Positions 40,391 through 53,954 of a stretch of DNA of 64,000 nucleotides are shown piece by piece (the stretch's first letter is position 1; each line of letters opens with the position of its first letter). Source of the DNA: Eledone cirrhosa. Its lineage: Eukaryota. A program made the position numbers and the translations under genes. The notes beneath the pieces are model-generated. The model searched no databases. It saw nothing but the letters and a program-made list of their open reading frames with translations, and had not been told where the DNA came from. Where the stretch lies: assembly GCA_964016885.1 (NCBI GenBank), contig OZ024742.1, positions 119,040,001 through 119,104,000 of the forward strand, in the 5' to 3' direction.

Positions 40391-42959
40391 CATAAATCCT
40401 TTATTTAACTAGTCTTAGAGGGTCAGCGAAGATTATAGGTACAGCTCCTTCCTCCATATTAAGTCATAAACGAAATTTATCTTGCTCGTCGAGTAGGTAT
40501 CAATTGCATCATACCTGAATACTGGAGAACAGACATCTGGTATGATATTTTTACCCTTGACTACTTCTTTACAAATTCAGTGTCAGCACTAGCAGTTACA
40601 GCAAGTATTCTGATAATTTGAGAAGTTAATTACTTCTAAAAACTAAGCAAATAAAAATTGTTGACAAAAGATTTCTTACGCAATACTGCCAGGTTCTTAT
40701 ATCATTATATAAATGTAGCCTTAGCTATTGTACCTTACAACACACGACATTAGTTTCTTACTAATGAGGCTAGTTTGTGAAGGGAACATGTTCCATTAAA
40801 TCTATTTATGATGCCGCCCCCAAATTGATGAAAAGCAAAACTAATCACAGTGGGACGTAAAATGATCAGACATAATATTTTAATGTATTAGCCGGACAGT
40901 CTAACATGTCCACCGACTCTTCTAACAACATAAATAATTGTTGACTGAGTGACCAGAAAAAAAACATTCTAAATCTCAAGGATCTATGAGATTGGTGTCT
41001 ATCTCATGTTCTCGAAGCATTGAGCGGATAAAAAAATCAATCCCATCCAATAGGATAGAACGCTAGTCACTGATCTAAGTTAAGTTTTCTCGGTGGTAAA
41101 ACTTTTTTCAACAGTATTTACGAGAACCAGTATGCGACTTATATACGGGTCAATAGCTAAAGACAAAATATTATGAACCAAAGGCATTGTGATTTATCTA
41201 CCACTGTGACTTGCATACGAGTATATACGGTAGTTGTTGACAAGGGCTGTGAAAGTAAAAAAATCAGGATTATAATTTCTTTTTCTTTAAGTTTTTGAAA
41301 AGTGAATCAGTTCTCGAGTGATATTAATTCAGAACTGTGAGGAACTAAAACAAATATAATTTTCTAATGTAGTAATTCTGAATATTAACGTTGGAATAAA
41401 TGGCAAACCCAGATAGAAAAATGTTAATGTTGGATTGTCTATTAAGAAAAGATGAACGTTATTGAGAAGTGGGCAGCATGTACTAGATTTGGAGATATGG
41501 ATAGAGATACGAAGCAACTCGAGCCAGGACTTCACGCCATTTGTTTAGAATTTTTTAAATACAAAATTATGTGGCAATTTTGTCAATAGAAAATTATATT
41601 GTCAATATGATAAATATAGAAAGTGTAGATCTAAAGTAGAAGCGAAATGTTTTAGTTAGGATAGTGTATGTTTTTCAGTATCAGTTCTTTTGTTTTTAAT
41701 TTATTATGAGAAAAGGAGGATAAGGCATTGAGCCAGGCACCGCTGTGGGGTTGCAAGGCCGAGCGAAAACATGCGAGGCGGGGCCGGTCAAGCTGGCGCG
41801 CTAGCCTGTCCGAGGCCATTTGAGGCCATGTCGCACTGATGGCATTCCATATGCTTTGGGGGGGGGGGGGGGGGGTCTGACGTCAACAGAGGGAAGAGGA
41901 GAAGGGACGTCTACTGGGTGGAGTCCAAGCTAGTTCCAAGTCTCTCAGGCGGCCTCACGTTCCTCGATCACAGTGGGTTCCATTGTTATGGAGAACCTTG
42001 TCGATGAGGACGCGGCAAGAGGTTACCTACGAAAGAAACGCCGGCAAAGCAAGTGAGACCGGAGACCAAGGTCACAATTTCTAACAGGTAAGGTGGCCTG
42101 TTGCCATCAAATCTGCAAGAAATCAATGATATTCTTCAGACATTCTCTCATCTGATTATCCTCCACTCAGTGTTCGTAACGCCAAAATTCAGCTTTCCCA
42201 GAGCACCGACAGCCGTTGCATATAAAGTTGAAGGAGAAATCAGTGGTTGATAGACATTTTAACGAAGTTGGACTTGAGTTATTTGGATATCTAACTTATT
42301 TTCTCTAGAGTGGTGTAAAGATCATTGTATCATCAGATGTAGTGACACAACTCGTTTCTTGCATGTTGTAGGAAGTTGACTCGAGCTAATTATAACTTTG
42401 TTACTGGTTGTACGTGAGTCAAGTTGACTACAGCAGACGATTAAAGGAACCAACCGCCCTCTAGAAACGTTTTGTGTATATTATCATGAAAGTATATATG
42501 TGTAACCATATGTCTATATTAAGATTGATACTAGTCTTGTTTATGTTTGACTGGTTGTTAGACTGTTTCCTTTAGCGTGTGTATTTCCGTTTTTTAGTGT
42601 TGATATTTCTACATTAGCAATATTTTTACTGTATCAGAAACTTTTGTGCTCAACTATATTCTGCATCTGTCATTAATTATATTGAAAGGAAGCTTCTTGT
42701 CACGTAGCCTATTCGCAGTATTTGTTGAAGGGATTCTTATAGACCCTCTTTCTACTACTTCGAAACTATGTTGGCCATTGGTTATATCTTTGATACCTTT
42801 TCTTTTCTACACTAACGCAAATTTCATTGTTACCTGTAACAATACCAAACCTCCTGCCCCAAATGTGCATACTCCGTAAATATTAAGGCGCGTGGCCTAG
42901 AGGTGTTTTAAAAAAAATTGTTTGTTTGTTTGTTTGTTTGTTTGTTTGTTTCTTTCTTT

Positions 42960-43740
42960 TGATACAGCAATCACATAGCACCCCGGGCTCTACAACCAAC
43001 TCACGGAGTGGTATTAGGGTGCGTGGGGTCCACACACTCAGGTGGGCGGAGATATGAGCACTCACTCAATATGTGTTCTACAGTCTGCTCTGGTGAGCTA
43101 CACTGGCAAGCTGTTGATAGCCACAACCTCAAGAGTTGCATGTTTGCATTGAACCGGCTGACACCTGTGCGTAGCCGATCGATTCTGGGACACCCACTCC
43201 TTCCGGTAAAGGTTTGAGTTGGTGGGAGGACTGTATTGGGGTTGACATTCTGTTTAGCCGATCAAGATGGCTGTTGCCAGCTAACTCTCCACGTCTGAAT
43301 CATGTTGAAATTCTAGTTTCGCAGCTTTGCTGTGTGACGAGAGAAAGGGTGACATGACATCAAGCGGTGCTGGTGTACTAGCTAAGAATCCTCAGCTATG
43401 TCATGGAGCGGATGACGTGTTTATTGATGCCTTGGTTATCAACCTGTGTGATGATGTTCTCTACGAAGGAGTGCAGGGGCAGTGCCCGAGACCACAAGTA
43501 GATATTCTTTTGGTGTTGGACGGAGACATCCAGTGATGAGCCTTAAGATGTTATATCTAGCTTTTTAGTATGGGAGCTCCTGGACTATACGGGGAGGCGT
43601 ACTCTGCATCACTGTAGATCAAGGCTAGGACACTACTACTTAGCGTGGATGTGCCAGTATCTCATGATCAGTCTGCCAAGCGGCGTAGAAGGTTGTTCCT
43701 TGTGGACACCTTTGCACATCAGGACTCAAGGTGCAGTCAG
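42960..43740 (-). pseudogene. I/Ingi-like LINE 3' fragment
   Basis: Minus strand LALIYSDAEYASP..SRSSHTKKLD..LITGCLRPTP..APALLRR and RLRTGVSRF..CQCSSPEQTVEHILSEC. Confidence 0.75.
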
Positions 43741-44309
43741 TCTGTTATATTCCATGTTTCTTTTGAACACTCCGGGATGGAGGTTTTGCCTACTAATTTC
43801 ATGTACAATTTCAGTTAACTGAGTTTTTTCAAACCATGTTTTAGGTGTAGGAGATCTCAACATTCTAGAAGGAAGCCATTTACGACTGCATAAAACATCT
43901 TGTCTAGGGGTTCAATATATTCTAATTGCATTAACATTCAGAAATCAATCTTCTTCAATTCTGATGTCTGTGAAATTGATGTTGAATTCTCTTCATTGTT
44001 GCGACGGAATATCGATATATTGAGGAAAGCCTGAATAATTAATTACTACGATGTTTATTAGATTAAAGACAGAAGAAGGAAATTGTGGAAGTTTGAGTTT
44101 AGATGATTTTCATCCAACACGATCGGAGGTGCAGACTCCGTTGTAGTATCGGAGTAGTAAGAGACAGAAAAAGAATATAGCTTTATTATTGCACAAAAAG
44201 TGTTGAGTATTTATAAGAAGTATTATGTATCAAATACAGTACTTTTAGAGAGAGATAGAGAGAGAGAGAGGAGGAAAAGAGATAGATAAATAGATAGATA
44301 GATAGATAT

Positions 44310-44652
44310 ATTTCTTTATTAGCCACAGGGGCACAAAAGAAGGGGACAAATACAAAGGGGGAAGTTTACATACAATAAAAACGTGTAAAATGTTATCACA
44401 GATGGAATTTAAAAGTTAGTCGATTTTCCCCAATAGAGGGAGACAGTTTATATGGGTAACACAGACCCCCGAAAAAAATGTGCAACCCTCATCTCCAGGA
44501 GTACGAAGAGCTTGTACTCCTTTCCTCTCCTCCTCCTTTTCCTCAATCTACAGGCTGATATAGAGAGAAGGCCCATTCACTCGGGCCATTCTCTCCACTT
44601 TCACCCACCTTTCATAAAACTTGCTGGGGTACAGCACCTCTCTCTCCATCCT
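44310..44652 (-). mobile_element. Tx1/L1-like LINE 3' end
   Basis: RMEREVLYPSKFYERWVKV C-terminus, 3' UTR ending aataaag plus (ATCT)n. Confidence 0.5.
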
Positions 44653-44795
44653 GAATAGATAGATAGATACATAGATTCATAGATAGAGACAGAGGTATAT
44701 ATATATATATATATATATATGTTTATACCGGGTTCAATCGGGGGCAACCACAGTAAGTATTTTGGTATAAATACCACCATATTACATTGACAGTC

Positions 44796-44835
44796 GACTT
44801 CCTGATGATTTCTCCCGAATGAAACGGTTCTAGTC
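44796..44835 (+). ncRNA. Decayed hammerhead motif
   Basis: CUGAUGA, stem II ttc/gaa, GAAA; stem I only partly paired. Confidence 0.4.
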
Positions 44836-45501
44836 CTGTATATATATATATATGAGAGAGTATTGAAGTTTGCTTGAAGCATTGTGGAATAATAAGGTAA
44901 ATTTCTTTAAGTCGTTTGGAAGCCTCGACAATGCAGATGGGTAAATCTCCGGGTAACAAGATCCGGTGGTGGAGAGAGAGATGTAAGTGGGTGTATGTTG
45001 AGATGCGTGGCATATATATATAAGGGATAACAAAATATCGTTATAGGTAATCCAGTTAGAGGTTGTGAATACTTCGTATTATGGATAGTTTTAGCGTACG
45101 GTGTTGTTTGACTCAACAAGGGGTTTACGTAGGTGGCGAGTTTATGAGTTCTCTTGCATTCCTATGTAAGTTTATCTTGGAGTAATAATATTGAAAGAGT
45201 GAAGAATAACATAGTCAACAGTACAAAAAAGGGTTTTATTTACAGTCTAACAATTGTTTTATTGATTAAGTTGTCTAAAAATTGCTGAACACTTGGAGTT
45301 GTGCCACTCAATTTTAAATACGTTGTTAGCTTAACGAGAGAGTTCAGCAATTTTTAGACAACTTAATCAGTGAAACAATTGTTACACACGGCACTTGACG
45401 GAATTGCTTCCACATCATTTATTCTCATCTCGGGAACAATTTTGAATAGCGCCAGTTCGTAATTTGAACTCGGAAATTTTATATTCACCGAGTGAAAAGA
45501 T

Positions 45502-45574
45502 CCTTCTGACGAGAGTTTATCTTTGCAATGGACTGTCCATTTATTTTTGAGACTCGAAACCGATTCGGTAAAGG
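45502..45574 (+). ncRNA. Type-I hammerhead with enlarged stem-loop II
   Basis: Stem I cctt/aagg, CUGACGA, gagttt/agactc, GAAA ccga-t-tcgg UA; in PLE end 45390-45645. Confidence 0.85.
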
Positions 45575-45642
45575 TAACCATAGTGAGTAAAGTTAATTTT
45601 TAAAAATTTATTTTGAAACTTTTTCTTATTTGCTAAACCTTG

Positions 45643-45705
<63 letters not shown>

Positions 45706-46499
45706 GAAGATTGTACTGTAGTAGATATATTATGAGTGTTCTAGAATAGAGAGTATTTAATTTATTGTATGTTGTTGTTTAGTCGCAGGCCATCACTGAT
45801 TGAGCAGACGTATGATCAATGCACTTCAACCACAACAACTTTATCGTTTCCTGTATCAGAGTGTATATAGGACTACACTGTCTAATGACTTCTTTATTCT
45901 TTTAAGATGTTGAAGTATAGTTTGAAGGAGGTTGTCTGTTGTTTCTACTAGGTTGCATGACCAGGTAGAGGGTATCTCGTTGGTTCATTAGGCTTTTGTA
46001 TATGATATATTAGATATTTAAGCTTTGAACGCCTATTTACTCTATACTCCAGCTCAGTTAGTCTGTAAGCAGATTTTTAAAGCTGAAATATTTTCTAGTT
46101 CAGATTCAGCCGTAGTTATGTGAATGATGGTGAGAATATTCATGTCTATTTATCAAAAATAGATAGAAATGCAGCGAAGACATTCAGCCTGAAAATAAAA
46201 TAAACATTGTTAATCTACTAACAGCTGGAAGAAAGTGGACGAAAAGTTTGTGAAGTGTTGCGAGAAATGTAAGAGGATCAAAACAAAGAAGAAAATAAAG
46301 TAAAATTGTGAAAAAGAGAGAAAACATACACTACGTCAGTAATAAACGGAAGTGATCTACATAAAAATAAGCCAATAACAGCTGCAGGAAACTTAATCCT
46401 GAAGTTATATAGATAAACTATATGTGAGGGAATTTTGTTATCCGGACTCTATTTCCCTGTGGAATTATTTCATTTCACTTACTGAATATATTAATGACT

Positions 46500-46682
46500 T
46501 CTAATTTAGGCACAAAGCCACCGAATTGTAGGGAGGGGAACGTCCATTTGACTGGTACTTTATTTTATTGGTTTCGAAAGGATGAAAGGCAAAGTTGATC
46601 TTTGACGTGGCTTGAAGTTAAGACGTAATGCTACATTGCATTTCACCCGATGCACTAACTATTCTGCTAACACACCACCCTT
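46500..46682 (-). mobile_element. Degenerate tRNA-derived SINE
   Basis: actggtactttattttattg..ggatgaaaggcaaag; further pieces near 7790, 14401, 25705, 38490, 39695, 47355, 48410, 49560 and 49870. Confidence 0.65.
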
Positions 46683-49600
46683 ACTAATGGTATTAATGCT
46701 GTAGGGAAAGACAAGAACATAACTTTCCAATTCACTTTTTCTAACCTATAGCATTCATATGTTGATATACTGCGCTTAGTTAAAATTATCGAAAATATTC
46801 AACAAAAACTGGAATAGTGAAATGTATCCGGTATGGCTAATGTGAGATCCGATTTGGGTTTCCGATTGTAGTAATATTGGTCTACTTAAATACTTATGTA
46901 CTTGAATGTTGACCCAACAAGGAAGACTCTACGTGGTTACTAAAGCTGCTTAATAAAATAACTAAATCCCCTCTAAAAGTGATCCGTACCATTCTACAAA
47001 AGGCAGGGCACATTAGGTAAATTAGTGACAAATCCTATTAGATGTTACAGCCAAAGATGAGCCATCTTTTATCATAGGATCGCTCAATCATGACAAACTC
47101 GGGCTAAATAACAATAACAAATACTCGACTAAATACGGAGATATGAACACTAAAGTACCTCATTTTCTTTCTCCTACAAATCCAAATTAATAGATTCATG
47201 GGGCTCTGAACTCCTGGTGGAATCCTATGGGTGCTGTTTTGATATACGGCATGTCTTGGGGAAATTAAAACCCGGCAAATGCCATCCCTCTCTAGGCCAG
47301 GACACAACCAATTACTACCAGAGAAAAAGAGAGATAGATAGATAGAGAGGAAGGATCGACTCCAGTACTGGTACTTTATTTACCAACTTCGAAAAGATGA
47401 AAGGCAAAGTTGATCTTCGATCTTCTAGCGAGATTGTCAATTCGTTGCACCTGTTAATAGCATATATTAATACTTTCCATTTGATTCACTCCATAATCAG
47501 GGAAAGTAATATCAACCCAGACAAGATATTGGATTCAGAAAAATAAAAGACAAAATTAATTAATGTAATGCAGACAGGTGGTTTTATTTTTACAAAAGAA
47601 AAAAAAAAGAAAAACTTACGAAGAATTTTGGTCAGTATATTTTAGATGACAGAAAGTGAGCTAAAGAAAATATCTCGAGTGAATCAATGGCGTGATTTAT
47701 CATAATTCCGGTTGGTGATGATGTACTGAATAAGGTATTTAATGACTTGAAATTTACCTTGAAGTTGGAAAAAGAAAAAGAAAACCGAGAGACAATTCTT
47801 AGCGACATACAAAGAAAAAAAAGGAGATAATTTCAATAAATCAATAATCAATATTACAGAAAACTATAATTTTTATATTTAGAGGACAAATTCTAATCGT
47901 TGTCATTAGGCAAAATGTAAGCTATAGAAATATTTCCGTCTTATTCGACCTCATCAGCGAAGCTTTCTTTGATCAGGTATTTTTTTACAAGTAGAAATAG
48001 TTATGAAACATTTTACTGCATTACAAAAAGCATAATTACAAAAAGGAATAATAACTCAAGTGACCCAATAAAATAAATCGAGATAATTAGAAATACGTAA
48101 ACATGCCTTAATGAATTGGAATTAGTTTCTTGGAGAAAGAAAACTAAAACTTGGCGACAATTGTTAGCAACTCTTAAAGAAAAGGGGAAATAATTTCAAG
48201 AAAGTAAGAACTAATTTCACAAAAAATTAGTTTTTCATGCTTAGGAAAATATTCGATTTTTGGTGAAAGATACGTAGAAATTTTGGCCTTTTATATTGTA
48301 ATGCTTCGGTCCTGTGTTCAACTTCTCGATCATCTCAAATTTTGTAACACATGTAAAATACCACAGTACTTTTCTGACACATATATCATAGAAGGATGAG
48401 AGAGAAAGTCATCCTCATTAGGGTTTGAACTCAAAAATTAAATGGACGTAAATAAATACTGCAAAGCATTTTCTCTGGTGCTCTACCGATTTTGCTAAAA
48501 TACTGTTCCCCACTGATAGCAATTAGAAGATATTTTCTTAACAGTTTCACTAGAATGGATATATATCGGTTTCGACGACGAGTGTTCCAATGTTCTTTCA
48601 ATACGTTTAACGTGTAAATGGTTGAGTATTTCACAGACAGAGAGATTCAGTGTGCCATAATATATGACAAAAATGGCCCTTTGAATTACTGGTACAGACT
48701 ACCCGATGGCCTCCCAAACAATTTCTATCTACCTAATTTTCCTCACAAAACATAGGTTGACCGGAGGCTATAGAAAATGACACTTGACCAAGATGCTACA
48801 CAGTGGGATTGAACGTGGGACCTAATGAAGGCGAAGCGAACTGATTAACCATCTAACATTTTCTCTAAATCAAATTTAATAACGAATTGTAAAATAAAAG
48901 AAAAAAGTGTGTTTATGTGATTACAACTTAAATAGCTTGAGATCGAGCTAACATGAAAGAAAGAAAGAAATTAAATTGTATATTTAAGTAGTTGATGAAA
49001 ACAATTATAATTATCTTCAAAATATATAGTTGATTATTTTGTTAAGAAAATCATGACAGGTGCACATTTTTTTTAGTTAAATAATACCTAGAGTATTTCA
49101 AAGGAAATAAGATAATTTCATGCAATGGTCCCCCTTGTTTGTATTTAATTTAAGTGAATAAAACGTTCAGTTGTGTCAGTCCCCAACACCGAATATTATT
49201 GTATTCTGAAATACCTCATGGTCATCATAACCCCATCAGGTTAAGACATACGTGATGAATGTTTGGTTGAAAATTTATATATATATTTTTTTTCGAGTCA
49301 AGCCTTTTTTAGAACCAATCCTTAATTATAGGTACTAAACAGAGACTGTTGACCTCTGCAGTAAATAAGTGACTGGAAGCTAATCGACCAGACGGACGAC
49401 AATCCTTATTCTATTTTTTTTTAAATTTCCTAATATTTTCTTACATAAGGATGGGATGTAATTGTGTGAGTCAGGAGAACTACGAATTAAACACTGCATT
49501 TAATTTCGATTTTATAGAATAGTTGGACTGAACAACAAAATACTTTCCACCATTTGTTCTGGCTCTCCGCGTTCTGAGTTCAAATTCTATCAAGATCAAT

Positions 49601-51407
49601 TTCGTCTTACGTCCTCTCGGGGTCGATAAAATATAGTATCAGATCAAAGTCATGGATTAGCGGAATTGTTAAAGCGCCAGATTGGATATTTTGCAGTAGT
49701 TTTTCCCTCTCTTTGTCCCCTAAATTCTTGGAGGGGCTGCGGAGAGTAGATTTACTCCGTTTTCCAGTTTAACACTAGAATTTAGTCTTTGGGAGGTTTT
49801 AGTAGAATTCGTTTTGTTGCAAATATTTGCCCTTGATCTCTAATTTGAAGATAATTTAAAAACCAAATAACTGTTTCTACTTTAGGCACAAGGCCAGCAA
49901 TTACCCAGTGCATTACTGGTACTTTATTTTATCGACCCCGTAAAGATGAAAGGCAAAGTCAGGGTTATGGGCGCTGTCCTTCCCTCAATGATTGAGCTAG
50001 TTAAAAACAAAACCCAAAACAATCTTCTACATTTTAAGATCGACTATAATCCTTCAAAGATGTTAAGAATACATTTCAAATGCGTTAATATAGTTTTCTC
50101 ATTTAAGTATACTACCCATGTGTCATTGTTAGAAATCAATAGCATGTGATGGCAAATAGTATGTAGAAAAAGTAGTCCAAGTCGAATAATTTATTCCATT
50201 TTATCAACTTAATATTTAATTCAGTGCTTTTATGAGTTAAAAACGTTTCATGTTTGAAATAAATAACAGCAATATATTTTGTAATTGATTTTTCATCGAC
50301 TATAGTCATATGTAGAATAGTGGGCTTGTGCTTACGTGGGCGTATGTATGCCTTCGATTGATCTGTTGGAAACAGCAGATCACATTGATTAAGATGGTTC
50401 TAGGTACGCAATATCGGAGAACATGACGAAATAGTCTGACGCCCCCGTCCACCCTAAAACAACAACAATAACAATAATAGCAGCACTGAGACATCTACGT
50501 GGTCGCTTGATTTGCTAAAGGAAGTATCCAAACATCTATTAAATCATATCCTTGCAGGCTTAGATAACACGAGTGTCTTGAGTAATTTAGTCTTGTTTGT
50601 ATTGTTGCCTGGCAAAAAGATAGTATGGTTGCAGGTTGGAACGTCTTTAGCTACAGCTTTGCTTAAATAGTTGATATGAGCCTAAACAACAACAACAGCA
50701 ACAACAACAACTGCAGCAACTGTAAGAACAACAATAACAAAACAAAAATAATAACATGACCAACAACAACGTTACTATGCATACGCCTCATCACTGACTC
50801 CCAAAGCCAATAAATCTCATATGAAACTGATAGATAAATTACTTTACAAGAGAACAGTACATCTACTTTAAAGTTTGGAGTCTAAACTCACTTGCTAGTA
50901 GTGATAATGCCTTTTGTTGACTGTTTACCTAATGAATGCACATTACCAACATAGAAACTTTACTCACGACACCTGGCGTCAGAAGAGTTGGTGTCGCCCA
51001 GTGCAGTGACTTACAGTAGTATCCACTTCATGGACCTCATCAGCTACCTCCCCGACCCTACAGAAACCTTAGTCATGTTTCTTTTTTGTACTAATGTTAA
51101 TCATAAATCGTAATTTCAGTACATCACAAAACAAAAAAACATGCTTAACTGAACTCTTCCCCCTTGTTTCTCCCTAGGTGTTTCTTTGCAGTTGTTTAGA
51201 TGATATACATATCTTCTGATGTGAACCTACAAAGGTTCTAAAATCGATTCAAGTTATTTATCATCTTTCCAATTCGAAGGGAGACACGTAAAATTTGACA
51301 TATTTATATGCTATATGTTCAGTGTATACACTTATATAAAACTCCACGCAGTCTCGGTTACCTCATATAAATACGCATATCCGATATCGGTTACGACATA
51401 TAAATAC

Positions 51408-51497
51408 GCATATCCGATGAGATGTCGAGGAAGAGTCGAGCTCCGGTCGTTATAATTGTACCCTGAACTGATTGATACTGAAACGATTGTAATGTGC
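51408..51497 (+). ncRNA. Hammerhead fold with C at position 4 (CCGAUGA) and ~60-nt domain II
   Basis: Stem I gcatat/atgtgc, GAAA cgattg UA; 3'-half relatives near 12075 and 52709. Confidence 0.6.
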
Positions 51498-51525
51498 CAA
51501 TAAAGTTTATATATATATGTTGCAA

Positions 51526-51588
<63 letters not shown>

Positions 51589-51965
51589 TGTGTATGTGCC
51601 TCTAATTCGATTGAAGTACATTTTGGGCAAAAAATATTTTAAGTTACAGCCATGGTATTCCTCTCTATATTGGTGCATCAATTATTTGTTATTGGTTTGT
51701 ATTTAACAAAACAGTATTGAACAATATGAAAACCCTTTCATCACTGGCAAGGTTTCATAGCAACACAACATGACATTATGCAAGTCATTCCTGTTTTCAT
51801 TATTTGAACTGTTACTCAGTGCAAATTACGCAACCGTATGTCAACACCACTACAGTCAATGTCAACAAACATTTATTTCTTGTGGTATTACTTGAAATAA
51901 AATATAGAAAGTAAACAACGAAGTTGAAACTAAATTTCAATACAGAATCCGAAATTAAAATACCG

Positions 51966-52026
<61 letters not shown>

Positions 52027-52059
52027 TATAATAATAATAAATGTAATAATAATAAATGT

Positions 52060-52275
52060 ATTAATAATAAATGCGAAGACTAAAATCCAAAGAGGGCTCG
52101 ATAAGGATATATATATATCAAATATATAAGAACCCCAGAGCAAATATTTATTAAAATAACAGATTAATGTTTAAGCAAAAAATCGCTGCTTTCACTCTTA
52201 ACGGGATCTTCAGAAGATCCCGTTAAGGGTGAAAGCAGCGATTCTTTGCTTAAACTTTAATCTGTTATTTTAATA
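52060..52275. mobile_element. Fold-back PLE end (CAGAAGA family), symmetry axis at 52212
   Basis: gatcttc-a-gaagatc centre. Confidence 0.8.
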
Positions 52276-52278
52276 AAA

Positions 52279-52330
<52 letters not shown>

Positions 52331-52419
52331 ATGTAAAAGGTAAACAGAAATAACAACACAATCGGTACAGTATATGGAAGGTATATATTAGGTTAACGCC
52401 AAATATAGAAGGTAAAGGG

Positions 52420-52455
52420 TCTTAACGTTTCGGACGCTAGACCTTCATCAGAAGA
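52420..52455 (-). ncRNA. Minimal hammerhead
   Basis: Minus strand tctt CUGAUGA aggtc..gtcc GAAA cg UU aaga. Confidence 0.75.
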
Positions 52456-52580
52456 AAGAATGAGAAATAAAATGTCCGTGATCTCCAGCAGACAACTGAT
52501 GAAGGGAAGGCCTCCCGTTTGTGCTTTCCTCTTATTTTTAAATACATTTTATCAAGTAACCACACAGCTCCCTGTTTCTT

Positions 52581-52663
<83 letters not shown>

Positions 52664-52812
52664 CGAAAAACAGGCGGGCTCCGTCACTTTGATTGTACCC
52701 TGAGCCGAGCGACATCGAAACAATTGTAATATGCCAAGTTTGTACACATGCTGCAACACTGACTTCGATTACTACTCAATCTCTCTCTTTCTCTCTCTCT
52801 CAATATATATAT

Positions 52813-53163
52813 ATATAAGTTAAAACAATGAAATAAAAATTCAAGTCATTAGGAATATACTTCACTGCTTTACGATCGTTTCTAGGTGATAATAATACAT
52901 CGTACGCATATTTCGTTATCGATCTATGTAAGGTCAGTTACAAAATATCAAATAAGGAATATATTTACCTACGTGTATATCGTCAGCCGTTGTCAATATA
53001 GACGTAGGTAAATATATTCCTTATTTGATATTTTGTAACTGACCTTACATAGATCGATAACGAAATATGCGTACGATGTATTATTATCACCTAGAAACGA
53101 TCGTAAAGCAGTGAAGTATATTCCTAATGACTTGAATTTTTATTTCATTGTTTTAACTTATAT
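52813..53163. repeat. Near-perfect 350-bp palindrome
   Basis: Arms about 167 bp, spacer about 16 bp. Confidence 0.92.
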
Positions 53164-53297
53164 CATGACTCTGTTTTCCCTTTGAAGTTTTATTGTTTTC
53201 CGGGATTTATTTTAACCTACAACATTTTCAACATATGGATTACATTGAGTTCTTCATGCAGACCAGACCCCACAACTAACCGTAGATATTTCTGTGA

Positions 53298-53382
<85 letters not shown>

Positions 53383-53452
53383 CAAGGTTTAGCAAATAAG
53401 AAAAAGTTTCAAAATAAATTTCAAAAAAAATTCACTGTACTTACTATGGTTA

Positions 53453-53537
53453 CCTTTACTGAAACGGTTTCGAGTCTCAAAAATAAATGGATAGTCCTTG
53501 CGGGCCTCCATTGAAAAGATAAACTCTCGTCAGAAGG
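53453..53537 (-). ncRNA. Hammerhead (same family as 45502-45574)
   Basis: Lies in 53378-53648, the reverse complement of 45390-45645. Confidence 0.75.
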
Positions 53538-53644
53538 TTCTTTTCACTCGGAGAATATAAAATTCCCGAGTTCGAATTACGAACTGGCGCTATTCAAAAT
53601 TGTTCCCGAGACGAGAATGAATGATGTGGAAGCAATTCTGTCCA

Positions 53645-53708
<64 letters not shown>

Positions 53709-53754
53709 GAAATGACAGAAGGCTGGACTTGTGTAAATCCTTGAAAGGTTTATT

Positions 53755-53812
53755 ATACTATGATCATTTCAATGACCGGGTTCCGTATGAATCCGGTGAT
53801 ATCATCAGGTAT
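53755..53812 (-). ncRNA. Hammerhead (same family as 59169-59226)
   Basis: Reverse-complement match. Confidence 0.8.
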
Positions 53813-53920
53813 TCGAAATATAATAAGTGAAGTAACTTTACGTTGAGTACTCTCCATATTATTACATTAAGATTGACCATACGGAATTGACCAGCTCTAT
53901 CCAGTGGTGAACCTCAAACC

Positions 53921-53949
<29 letters not shown>

Positions 53950-53954
<5 letters not shown>

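Noticed and set aside
44850-45230. Possible decayed PLE endonuclease on the minus strand
   Set aside because: Motifs too degraded to call by eye
47620-47758. Minus-strand exon-like segment with good splice signals
   Set aside because: Stops in all three frames and no in-frame join to the 47159-47314 candidate
52495-52525. CUGAUGA plus hairpin ggga/tccc
   Set aside because: Followed by GTTT rather than GAAA, with no stem I or III
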